Notes under the pieces: model-generated
Told to the model about the DNA's origin: nothing
Database searches by the model: none
Seen by the model: only the letters and a program-made list of their open reading frames with translations
Shown here: positions 29,032 through 37,587 of the stretch, piece after piece
How positions within the stretch are numbered: the stretch's first letter is position 1
Layout of the letters: each line of letters begins with the position of its first letter
NCBI GenBank assembly: GCA_051867815.1
Contig: JBJDZD010000063.1
Coordinates: 1-51,854, forward strand
Reading direction: 5' to 3'
Length of the DNA: 51,854 nt
DNA from: Eubacteriales bacterium
GTDB lineage: Bacteria > Bacillota > Clostridia > Oscillospirales > CAG-272
Program-made: the position numbers and the translations under genes

Positions 29032-29436
29032 ATGTCCGAAACCAAGCAGGACACCGGCGTACTTGAGGTACTTGCGGACAGCGGCAGGATCGGCTCGGCG
29101 CTCTGTGAATACCTCGAGTTCTGCGCAAAAGGCGTGGGGGCAGGCAGAGAAAAACAAACGGGCAGAATACCGAACGCGGCAGGCTTTTGCAGATTCGCGG
29201 GCGCGACCCTAAATGACCTTGAGAGACTGAAAAGAAGCCGACCCGAGGCTTACGAAGCGGTCAGCGCCGTGCTTGAGGACGAGGCGCTCAATTCATCTCT
29301 CTCGGCAACGGTTCTCTCCGCGTATCTGAAGGCGCGGCTGGGGTACTCCGGCGAAAAATCGGAAGAAAGCTCTGTAACCGATACCGGGCAGATTCGCCTG
29401 ATCTTCGATCACGATGCCTACAAGGACGGTGAATGA
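29032..29436 (+). CDS. Putative terminase small subunit
   Basis: GAGG RBS before ATG 29032; 134 aa directly upstream of and overlapping terL. RIPNAAGFCRFAG resembles the PT..GLC..LG motif of gp3-like small terminases. Mainly positional. Confidence 0.6.
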   Translation: MSETKQDTGVLEVLADSGRIGSALCEYLEFCAKGVGAGREKQTGRIPNAAGFCRFAGATLNDLERLKRSRPEAYEAVSAVLEDEALNSSLSATVLSAYLKARLGYSGEKSEESSVTDTGQIRLIFDHDAYKDGE

Positions 29437-30763
29437 TCAAGTGCGGCAAACCCTGCACATCCCCGGGAAACCGAATGAACGCCAGCGTGAATTTTTCTCC
29501 TGCCGCGCCAGATACATCGCATACGGCGGTGCGCGCGGCGGCGGAAAGTCCTGGGCGCTCCGGCGCAAGCTGATACTGCTCTGCCTGCGCTATTCCGGAT
29601 TGCGCTGTTTGCTCGTAAGGCGAACCTATCCCGAACTGCGGTCGAACCACCTCTCGCCACTTCTTGCGGAATACGGCAAAATACTAACCTACAGCGAGCG
29701 CGACAAAACACTCTCACTTGAAAACGGCAGTAAAATCACACTCGGCTACTGTGCCGCAGAGCGCGACGCACTCCGCTATCAGGGTCAGGAATACGACATC
29801 ATAGCCATCGACGAGGCAACGCAACTGAGCGAATATCAGTTTTCAATCTTCAAGGCCTGTCTGCGAGGCACTGCGGACGTTCCGCGCCGTATCTACCTGA
29901 CCTGCAATCCCGGAGGCGTCGGCCACGCCTGGGTAAAAAGGCTTTTCGTTGACCGGGATTTTCGGGACGGCGAGAACCCCGGCGATTACGCCTTCATACC
30001 TGCGACGGTCTTCGACAACGGCGTTCTCACGCGTGCAGACCCCGACTATGTGCGCAGACTTGAAAGCCTGCCGCCGAAGCTGCGCGAGGCATGGCTCTAC
30101 GGCAAGTGGGATATCTTTGAGGGGCAGTTCTTCACGGAGTTTGACGAAGCGCGCCACGTTTGCGACACTGCGCGTGTGCCGCGTGCATGCCATACCGTTG
30201 CCGCCTTCGACTACGGCTTTGACATGCTCGCCGCGTACATCTGTATCTGCGACGGCGATAGCAGGGTCTACGTTACGGACGAATTCTGCGCGCCCGGCCT
30301 TACTCTCGGCGAGGCAGCTCGGCATGTATCCGAGCTTTGCCGTGGCAAGGAGGTCGAATTTGCCGTGGCGTCACCCGACCTTTGGAACCGCCGCCAGGAC
30401 ACCGGTAAAAGCGGCTTTGAGATCATGCAGGCCACCCCGGGCATGCCCCCGATGCGCCCCGCGGACGACCGCCGCATTCCCGGCTGGCGATTGATGCGCG
30501 AGTATTTAGCCGACCGCCCGGACGGCACGCCCGGCCTTCTCATTGACCGCCGATGCCGCGAGCTGATACGCTGTCTGCCTGCCCTGCAGTTCGACAAAAA
30601 CAAGAATGAGGATGCCTCGGGCGAGCCTCATTCGGTAACACACTCGCCCGAAGCCCTGCGCTACGCGCTTATGAGCCGTTTTTCCTCCGAAACGGAATGC
30701 GCGCCGCGCGAACAATTCAAATTCAGATTCCGCAAAAGGCAGACAGATGAGCTTTACGATTAA
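29414..30763 (+). CDS. Phage terminase large subunit
   Basis: PNERQREF (Q motif), Walker A YGGARGGGKS, LVRRTYPEL, Walker B IAIDEATQ, LTCNPGGVGHAWVK, nuclease AFDYGFD and HSPEALRY. Start uncertain (29414, 29429 or 29441). Confidence 0.93.
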   Translation: MPTRTVNDQVRQTLHIPGKPNERQREFFSCRARYIAYGGARGGGKSWALRRKLILLCLRYSGLRCLLVRRTYPELRSNHLSPLLAEYGKILTYSERDKTLSLENGSKITLGYCAAERDALRYQGQEYDIIAIDEATQLSEYQFSIFKACLRGTADVPRRIYLTCNPGGVGHAWVKRLFVDRDFRDGENPGDYAFIPATVFDNGVLTRADPDYVRRLESLPPKLREAWLYGKWDIFEGQFFTEFDEARHVCDTARVPRACHTVAAFDYGFDMLAAYICICDGDSRVYVTDEFCAPGLTLGEAARHVSELCRGKEVEFAVASPDLWNRRQDTGKSGFEIMQATPGMPPMRPADDRRIPGWRLMREYLADRPDGTPGLLIDRRCRELIRCLPALQFDKNKNEDASGEPHSVTHSPEALRYALMSRFSSETECAPREQFKFRFRKRQTDELYD

Positions 30764-30822
30764 AAACCGTCTGTACTCAAAGCCTGTCGTTTTGCCGATT
30801 GCGGAGACCGAAAGGAAAGCAA

Positions 30823-32388
30823 ATGACGACCGAATCACAAAAAAAGACCTGGCGGCAGTATGAAGCCGGGCGAAATTACAAAAGGCGGATCGGGCTTTAC
30901 TCACGTGTGGATGAAAACGAACGCTTCTACCGTGGGGATCAATGGCGAGGAGGAGGTGATCTTCCGAAGCCCGTATTCAATGTTGTCAGCCGTATAGTTG
31001 ACTATCTCGTATCAACTGCGGCGGTTGGAGATGTAAAAATCACCTACACGGATGAGAATCTTCCCTTTGCGGCAAACTCAGCCGAGGCAAAAACGATCTC
31101 AAACGCGGTTAAAGTCCTGACCAAGAACGCTGCATACCGTTGGGAATACGCCAAGCTTCAAAGCATCATCTACCGCCTGCTCTACGACGCTGCGCTGAGC
31201 GGAGACGGCATTCTCTACTGCTCGTGGGACCCCGACTCGGACGGTGGAGGCGGATGGAAGGGGGATATCGTCACCGAAACTCTCGATTCCGCGAACATCT
31301 TCCCTGCCGACACCTCAAACCCCGACATTCAGTCGCAGGATTACATCATCATCTCCGGCAGAGCAAGCGTTGACTCGCTCCGCCACGAAGCAAAAGCCGC
31401 CGGGGTAAAGGAAGCGGATCTTTCAAAGATCGTCCCGGACGGCTTCAACAACTTAGACGAACGCGGAGCAGGTGTCCTTGCGAAGTACGAGCCGGAATAC
31501 GAGGACGGCGAGGCTCGCGCTACGTATCTCATCAAATTCTTCCGTGAGGACGGCTGCGTCGTGTTTGAAAAATCAACGCGCGACTGCCTCATTCGCAGGC
31601 AACTCACCCCCTGCAAGCTCTATCCTCTGGCACATTTCTCGTGGCAGACGGCGAAGAACTGCTTCTTCGGCTCTTCGCCCGTCAGCGGTATGATTTCAAA
31701 TCAAAAGTACATCAACCGCGCCTACGCCATGCTTATGAAGCACATGACGGACACCGCCTTCTCCAAGGTCATCTACGACCGAACGCGGATCCCGGAATGG
31801 ACAAACGAGGTCGGAGAAGCGATTGCCGCCGTCGGCGGAGGTAATCTTGACGATGCAGTAACCGTTGTTGAGACGGGAAGTCTTGAGCCGGGCTATCTTG
31901 ACCTTATCAAGAATGCGGTATCAATGACCAAGGAGCTTGCCGGAGCTACGGAAACGGCTTTGGGCAACATCACTCCCACCAACACCAGCGCAATTCTTGC
32001 GCTTCGTGAAGCATCCATGCAGTCGCTTGAAAGAGTGCAGAGTGAGCTGTATCTCTGCCTTGAACAAATGGCTTGCATCTGGGCTGACATGACCCTCTGC
32101 TACTGTCCGGACGGCAGACCGCTGAGAATACCCGGAGGAAGCGAGCGCATCTTCTCCTCCCATCTTCACCACGCCCTGTTGCGCGCAAAAATCGACATCT
32201 GCGATTCCGCGCGATATTCCGCATCGGGAACGCAGAGCGTGCTTGACCGCCTGCTTGACGGCGGTCACATCACCCTCGCAGAATATCTTGAAAGACTGCC
32301 CGAGGGTCTTGTTCCCGATCGCATGACGCTCGTGGAAAGCCGCAGAAAGGAGGCAGATGATGGACGAAACGGAACCGATGCAGAATGA
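30823..32388 (+). CDS. Phage portal protein (P22-like size class)
   Basis: AAAGGA RBS before ATG 30823; ENERFYRGDQW, PKPVFN, DAALSGDG, ALGNITPTNTSAILALREAS; follows terL; 521 aa. Confidence 0.8.
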   Translation: MTTESQKKTWRQYEAGRNYKRRIGLYSRVDENERFYRGDQWRGGGDLPKPVFNVVSRIVDYLVSTAAVGDVKITYTDENLPFAANSAEAKTISNAVKVLTKNAAYRWEYAKLQSIIYRLLYDAALSGDGILYCSWDPDSDGGGGWKGDIVTETLDSANIFPADTSNPDIQSQDYIIISGRASVDSLRHEAKAAGVKEADLSKIVPDGFNNLDERGAGVLAKYEPEYEDGEARATYLIKFFREDGCVVFEKSTRDCLIRRQLTPCKLYPLAHFSWQTAKNCFFGSSPVSGMISNQKYINRAYAMLMKHMTDTAFSKVIYDRTRIPEWTNEVGEAIAAVGGGNLDDAVTVVETGSLEPGYLDLIKNAVSMTKELAGATETALGNITPTNTSAILALREASMQSLERVQSELYLCLEQMACIWADMTLCYCPDGRPLRIPGGSERIFSSHLHHALLRAKIDICDSARYSASGTQSVLDRLLDGGHITLAEYLERLPEGLVPDRMTLVESRRKEADDGRNGTDAE

Positions 32389-32800
32389 AGAAGAGCTTAC
32401 CGAGGTTATTGATGAAGCGCCCGACCCTACCGCCGAGCTTGAAGAGCTTCGCGTTCGCCTTGAGAAGGCCGAGCGCCGTGCCGATCAGGTCTACGCCGGT
32501 TGGCGTGAATTTACCGAACTTTTTCCCGACGCCGATCTCTCCTCCATGCCGGATTCTTTTAATGCCGCACTTGAGCGCGGCATACCCCCTGCAGCGGCAT
32601 ACGCGCTTGAAATGCGCCGCCGTGAGGTAACGCGCCTGCGTATGGAAGCCGCCGACAAAAGGTCCCGCGAGCTTTCGTCCGGCAGAATAAACAACGCAGA
32701 CGACACACTCTACTCCCCCGAGGAGGTCCGCGCAATGACGCCCTCCGAGGTCAAAGAAAACTATCAAAAAATTCGCCGCTCAATGAAGAGCTGGCACTGA
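32357..32800 (+). CDS. Putative capsid scaffolding protein
   Basis: AAGGAGG RBS inside the portal 3' end; acidic N-terminus, helical/coiled-coil character, C-terminal YSPEEVRAMTPSEV; lies between portal and capsid. Confidence 0.65.
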   Translation: MMDETEPMQNEEELTEVIDEAPDPTAELEELRVRLEKAERRADQVYAGWREFTELFPDADLSSMPDSFNAALERGIPPAAAYALEMRRREVTRLRMEAADKRSRELSSGRINNADDTLYSPEEVRAMTPSEVKENYQKIRRSMKSWH

Positions 32801-32817
32801 AAAGAAAGGAAATTATT

Positions 32818-33648
32818 ATGGCACTTACTAACTTTGTCTCCAGCGTATGGAGCGAAACACTTTTCTCCCAGATGAACAAGAAATACATCGCCGTTTCGAA
32901 CTGTAATCGCGATTTCGACGGTGATATCAAGGGCAAGGGCGACCGAGTAAAAATTTGCGGCGTCGGAGACATTGCAGTCTTCGATTACACCAAGAACACA
33001 GATTTCTCTTCCGATGCACAGCAGCTCAGCAACACCGAAAAAACGCTCATCATCGATCAGGCAAAGGCCTTCAACTTCGTCATTGACGATATCGACCGCG
33101 CACAGTCCAACCCCAAGCTCATGGATGCGGCTGTTAAGAACGCGGCCGCGGCTCTTGCAAACACTGCCGACAAGTACATCTTCGAAACCTGTGCCCTCCT
33201 GGCAGAAACACTCATATCCGAGACTGTCAACGAAGACAACATCATTTCCGTCCTCATTGACGCGCAGACCATGCTGCTCAAGAACAATGTCAGCGACCCT
33301 GCCGATATTGTAATTGAGGTTACTCCCGACGTCGGCGCCCTCATCCTCAAGAATAAGATCAGCATTTCCAAAGATGACACCGCACTTGAGTCCGGTTGCA
33401 TCGGTAAGATTGCGGGATGCAAGGTCTACGTTTCCAACAACGTCTCCAAGTCCGGAAAGACTCACCGCTGCCTCGCGCGCTCCAAGAGAGCCATGGCTTT
33501 CGCCGAGCAGCTCAGCGAGATCGATGCTTACCGTCCCGAAAAGCGTTTCGGCGATGCCGTTAAGGGTCTTCACCTTTACGGCTCCCAGCTCCTCTATCCC
33601 AACGAGCTGATCAGACTTGACCTGGCACTCGAAAAGGATCTCCTGTAA
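32818..33648 (+). CDS. Major capsid protein (HK97 fold, P22 gp5-like family)
   Basis: NFVSSVWS, NRDFDGDIKGKGDRVKI, LIIDQAKAFNFVIDDID, IGKIAGCKVYVSNN, AFAEQ...RPEKRFGDAVKGLHLYG. Confidence 0.88.
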   Translation: MALTNFVSSVWSETLFSQMNKKYIAVSNCNRDFDGDIKGKGDRVKICGVGDIAVFDYTKNTDFSSDAQQLSNTEKTLIIDQAKAFNFVIDDIDRAQSNPKLMDAAVKNAAAALANTADKYIFETCALLAETLISETVNEDNIISVLIDAQTMLLKNNVSDPADIVIEVTPDVGALILKNKISISKDDTALESGCIGKIAGCKVYVSNNVSKSGKTHRCLARSKRAMAFAEQLSEIDAYRPEKRFGDAVKGLHLYGSQLLYPNELIRLDLALEKDLL

Positions 33649-33654
33649 TCAAGC

Positions 33655-34047
33655 ATGAAGCTGGTTAATATCTTTGAAACTGCTAAGCGTCTGCTCGGCG
33701 GAGCAATAACCGCCGACAACGACGGCGATCTTGACGAACGCGCGCCCTATATCGGCGCGGCGCTGTGTACCGAAGCTGCGGCGCTTGACAGAGCTTACCG
33801 CGCGGCGTTCGGTTTGCCGGAGCAACCGGAGTTTCCGGCGTTATACATTGAGCTGAATGCAGAGCTTCCTCTTTGCGACAGATTTGCCCCTGCCGCATCG
33901 TATTACATGGCCGCGATGCTCATTCTCGACTCAAACGGCGCGCTCTACAATAAGCTGTTTGACCGCTGGTGCACCGCTCTTGCGGAGATTTCTGCGGAAA
34001 TACCCTTCGTCAAAGGCTCCACGGCAGACGTCTATCCGATATTTTAA
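33655..34047 (+). CDS. Putative head completion / adaptor protein
   Basis: 130 aa helical protein directly after the capsid gene; AASYYMAAMLI and C-terminal ADVYP resemble head-tail adaptors. Positional inference. Confidence 0.5.
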   Translation: MKLVNIFETAKRLLGGAITADNDGDLDERAPYIGAALCTEAAALDRAYRAAFGLPEQPEFPALYIELNAELPLCDRFAPAASYYMAAMLILDSNGALYNKLFDRWCTALAEISAEIPFVKGSTADVYPIF

Positions 34048-34069
34048 CCGAAAAACTGCCCATACGGGC

Positions 34070-34107
34070 GCATCGGGCGCTGTTGCTTACGCAACAGCGC
34101 CCGATGC
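34070..34107. terminator. 17-bp perfect hairpin between convergent genes
   Basis: GCATCGGGCGCTGTTGC-TTAC-GCAACAGCGCCCGATGC. Confidence 0.7.
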
Positions 34108-34125
34108 TTATTGGATTTTATCGAA

Positions 34126-35094
34126 TCACGCCCAGCTGATGGTGCGGGGCTTATCCTCGCACATTACGATGGGTGCGAGGGTTGCAATTGCCTTGCGCAA
34201 GCCCTCGTCAACGGTCATGATGCTGTCCTCATGCTCGATGGAGATGGCTCCGTCGTATCCGCAGAGGCGGAGATTGGAGATGATGTCCCTCCAATAGCTC
34301 TCGTTATTGCCGAATCCGACCGCACGGAATACCCATGCGCGGTTAAGCTCGTCGCTGTAATGCTTGGTATCAAGCACGCCGTTCTTTGCGGTGTTGTACT
34401 TATCGATCTTGGTGTCCTTCGCGTGGAAGTGATAGATCGCACCCTTAAGCTCGCGAATTGCGGCAACGGGATCCATTCCCTGCCAGATAAGGTGGGAGGG
34501 GTCAAGGTTTGCGCCGATAACGGGACCTACCGCAGCGCGCAGGCGCAGAAGGGTCTCGGGGTTGTAAACGCAGAAGCCGGGATGCATTTCAAACGCGATA
34601 TGCTCAACGCCATGTGCAAGCACGAACTTTGCCGTTTCCTGCCAATAGGGGATGAGCTTTTCGTTCCATTGCCAATCAAGAATGGCAAGGAAGTCCTCGG
34701 GCCAGGGGCAGGTCACCCAGTTGGGGTACTTGGAGCCTTCGCTGTCGCCGGGGCAACCGGAGAAGCCCACGATAGTCTTAACGCCGAGCTTTTCGGCAAG
34801 GAGGACGGCGTTTTTGAAGTCCTCGTCGAACTTAGCGGCAATTGCCTTATCGGGATGGAGGGGGTTGCCGTGGCATGCCAGAGCCGCGATCTCAACGTCG
34901 TACTTCTTGAAGGTAGCAATGAAGGCATCAAGCTTTGCGGGGTCTGCAAGCAGCTCGGCCGGGTTACAGTGTGCTTTGCCGGGATATCCGCCTGCGCCTA
35001 CCTCAACGGTATGAACGCCGAGGGATGTGAGTATCGACAAGGACTCCTCCAGAGTCTTATTGCCATATAGGTTTTCAAGAACACAGAGTTTCAT
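34126..35094 (-). CDS. Sugar phosphate isomerase/epimerase (TIM barrel)
   Basis: EVGAGGYPGKAHC, CHGNPLHP, AFEMHPG, NLDPSHLIWQGMDP, HFHAKD, YDGAISIEHED. Confidence 0.9.
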   Translation of the reverse strand: MKLCVLENLYGNKTLEESLSILTSLGVHTVEVGAGGYPGKAHCNPAELLADPAKLDAFIATFKKYDVEIAALACHGNPLHPDKAIAAKFDEDFKNAVLLAEKLGVKTIVGFSGCPGDSEGSKYPNWVTCPWPEDFLAILDWQWNEKLIPYWQETAKFVLAHGVEHIAFEMHPGFCVYNPETLLRLRAAVGPVIGANLDPSHLIWQGMDPVAAIRELKGAIYHFHAKDTKIDKYNTAKNGVLDTKHYSDELNRAWVFRAVGFGNNESYWRDIISNLRLCGYDGAISIEHEDSIMTVDEGLRKAIATLAPIVMCEDKPRTISWA

Positions 35095-35117
35095 TTGTTA
35101 TCTCCTACTATTTATTT

Positions 35118-36206
35118 TCAGAAGCGGTAGATATCTCCGGTCTTTGCGGAGACATAGATGCCCTCAAGGATACGGGTTACGGTGTATGCCTGCTCGGGGG
35201 TGACGAGAGGAGTTTTGTCGTTGACGACGGCGTCGATCCAGAGGCGAGCCTCGCGAGCGGCAGGATCTTCGCTCTTATTGCCGTCGAAGAACGCCGCACC
35301 CTTTGCATTGAGGTTGGGCTTGAGCTGATACTGAGCGTTGTGAAGGACGCCGTTGATGCGCAGTCCGTCGTTCATATCCGCGCCTGCAAGAGTACCGCAG
35401 AAGGAGGTGACCGCCTCACGGGTATCGAGCATGTTTATTGCCCAGGAGGATTCGAGATTGATGGTTGCGCCGTTTTCCATGACTACGAAGCCGAATGCGG
35501 AATCCTCAACCGTGTACTGCTTGGGATCCCAGCTTCCCCATGCGTTGCCCTGAAGCTCCGGATCACCGTCCGCGATCTTGCGGTAGGTGGTGCCTACGCA
35601 ATACTTGGGCTTGTAGTTATTGAGCATCCAGAGAGTGAGGTCGAGCGCGTGCGTTCCGATGTCGATGAGGGGGCCGCCGCCCTGCTCGTATTCATTGAGA
35701 AATACGCCCCAGGTGGGAACTGCGCGACGGCGAAGCGCCGTTGCCTTTGCGTAGTAGATATCACCGAACATGCCGTCGTCAACAAGCTTTTTGAGATAAA
35801 CGGCATCGGCGCGGTTACGGGTCTGATAGCCGATGGAAAGCTTCTTGCCGGTTCTCTCTGCGGCGTCAAGCATCTTCTTCGCCTCAACGGAGTTGATCGC
35901 CATGGGCTTCTCGCACATTACGTGCTTGCCGGCCTCAAGAGCATCGACGGTAATAAAGGAATGCGAACGGTTGGGGGTGAGGACATGAACGACCTCGATG
36001 GTCTTATCCTCCAGAAGCTGCTTGTAGTCCGTGTAGACCTTGGCGTCGGGAGTACCGAACTCAGCGGCGGCCTTGCGTGCCCTTTCTTCAACGATATCGC
36101 AAAACGCGACCATCTGCACATTGTTGAGCTTGCGGAGCGACGGCATGTGCTTGGAATTTGCTATGCCTCCGCATCCGATGATACCGATACGAACTGTTCT
36201 TTCCAT
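35118..36206 (-). CDS. Gfo/Idh/MocA family oxidoreductase
   Basis: IIGCGGIA, TPNRSH, HVMCEKPMA, RRRAVPTWGVF, GGGPLIDIGTHALD. Confidence 0.93.
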   Translation of the reverse strand: MERTVRIGIIGCGGIANSKHMPSLRKLNNVQMVAFCDIVEERARKAAAEFGTPDAKVYTDYKQLLEDKTIEVVHVLTPNRSHSFITVDALEAGKHVMCEKPMAINSVEAKKMLDAAERTGKKLSIGYQTRNRADAVYLKKLVDDGMFGDIYYAKATALRRRAVPTWGVFLNEYEQGGGPLIDIGTHALDLTLWMLNNYKPKYCVGTTYRKIADGDPELQGNAWGSWDPKQYTVEDSAFGFVVMENGATINLESSWAINMLDTREAVTSFCGTLAGADMNDGLRINGVLHNAQYQLKPNLNAKGAAFFDGNKSEDPAAREARLWIDAVVNDKTPLVTPEQAYTVTRILEGIYVSAKTGDIYRF

Positions 36207-36258
36207 ATTTTAATTTTCCTTTCTCAATGCGTTTTATGCAATATTTTTTGTTTTACTG

Positions 36259-37569
36259 TTAGTTACCGGATACGGCAATACCCGAGAAAAGCACGTCGGG
36301 AGAACCGATATTGGAGCCTGTGCCGAAGCTGAGGTTATTTGCGATGGCGGTCACCTTAAAGAGGAGGTCGTAGAAATTATCCGCAACGGTAATTCCCTTG
36401 ACAGCCTCTGCCTTTTTGCCGTCACGGACGACGAAGCCCGCAGCCTCAAGCGAGAAATCGCCGCTTACGGCGTTAACGCCCGCATGCAGGCCCTTAAGCT
36501 CGGTGATGTAGACGCCGTTTCCGAGCTTTGCAAGCAGTTCTTCCTCGGTCAGCTCGCCCTCCTTCAGATAAAGACCCTTGATGCCGATATTCTTTGCGCT
36601 CGTTGCGTTACCCGTGGTCTCGCATCCGAACTTCTTTGCGTACATACGGTTGTAAAGGAGAGTTTTGAGAACGCCGTTTTCAATTACGTTCTTGGTGTAA
36701 ACAGCCACGCCCTCCGCGTCGAAGGGGCAATGGTCGTACTTCTTGGGATGGAAGGGGTCATCGACGAGGGTGACGATATCCGCCGCGATCTTCTCGCCCT
36801 CCTTGCCGGCAAGCTTCGTGGTCTTAAGGAACGCGGAGCGCGCCGAGAATATGCCGGTGAATACGCCGAGCAGGGAGCGCATTGTGCCGTTATCGAAAAT
36901 AACGTCGTACTTGCCGGAGTCAACGGGAGCGGCGCCGAGCTTTGCAACTGCACCGTCAACCGCAAGTTTTACAAGTTCGTCGTTGCTCATCTCGTCGGCA
37001 AACTTCATCTCGAAATTCTCTTCCGCGTATTCGCCGTCCTTGACTGCCGCAACCGCACCCTTGCCGACGTAGCCGGATTCGTATGAAAGGTCAAGTCCTG
37101 CGGAGTTGAAGAATACACTCTCGGAAGCCGACGCCTGCATAAAGCTCTGCGAGCCGTCAACGACCTTTTCGCTTCCCATGAGCTTTTTCTGCATATCCAT
37201 TGTGTTTTCGATCATTTCAGCGGCGGAGGGAACGACTACTTCCTCCCTCTCCACCTTCTTATATTCGGGCGAACCTTCGAAAAGGGGTACCTCGTCCTCA
37301 TCGTCAACCACGAGTGCGCTCTCGCACGCGCGGCGAACCAGCTCGCCTGCCTCCTCGGCGGTTACGATATTGCCGGAAGCATAGCCGCTCTTGCCGGACT
37401 TGACGCAACGAACGCTGATGCCGGTGCTTTTATCGTAGGTTACGGAGGAAATGTCGTCCTTGAGTGCCTCAACAGCCGCGCTTGTGGATGAGCTGAGCTT
37501 AACCTCATAGCCCTCTGCGCCGTAAAGCTTCGCCGCTTCGGCAACTGCTTTTTTAATAGCTTCTATCAT
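36259..37569 (-). CDS. TldE/PmbA family protein
   Basis: PFDAEG, IENGVLKT, TTGNA, GLHAGVNAVSGDFSL, SPDVLF; no HExxH; follows tldD. Confidence 0.92.
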   Translation of the reverse strand: MIEAIKKAVAEAAKLYGAEGYEVKLSSSTSAAVEALKDDISSVTYDKSTGISVRCVKSGKSGYASGNIVTAEEAGELVRRACESALVVDDEDEVPLFEGSPEYKKVEREEVVVPSAAEMIENTMDMQKKLMGSEKVVDGSQSFMQASASESVFFNSAGLDLSYESGYVGKGAVAAVKDGEYAEENFEMKFADEMSNDELVKLAVDGAVAKLGAAPVDSGKYDVIFDNGTMRSLLGVFTGIFSARSAFLKTTKLAGKEGEKIAADIVTLVDDPFHPKKYDHCPFDAEGVAVYTKNVIENGVLKTLLYNRMYAKKFGCETTGNATSAKNIGIKGLYLKEGELTEEELLAKLGNGVYITELKGLHAGVNAVSGDFSLEAAGFVVRDGKKAEAVKGITVADNFYDLLFKVTAIANNLSFGTGSNIGSPDVLFSGIAVSGN

Positions 37570-37587
37570 GTCATTTTCTCCTTTCGC

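Larger units (their letters stand above)
29032..34047 (+). mobile_element. Phage-derived head/DNA-packaging module without integrase, tail or lysis genes (GTA-like or domesticated prophage remnant)
   Basis: Six co-oriented intact ORFs in canonical order terS-terL-portal-scaffold-capsid-head completion, bounded by hairpins and flanked by hprK and a sugar epimerase. Confidence 0.8.

Noticed and set aside
28872-34125. Complete prophage, PICI/satellite or encapsulin interpretation
   Set aside because: No integrase, replication, tail or lysis genes and no att-like repeats seen by eye; terminase plus portal argue against an encapsulin.
34111-36332. Plus-strand 319-aa and 330-aa ORFs as possible tail genes continuing the capsid operon
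   Set aside because: Exact antisense of the epimerase and oxidoreductase genes, beyond the hairpin, with no phage-like features.
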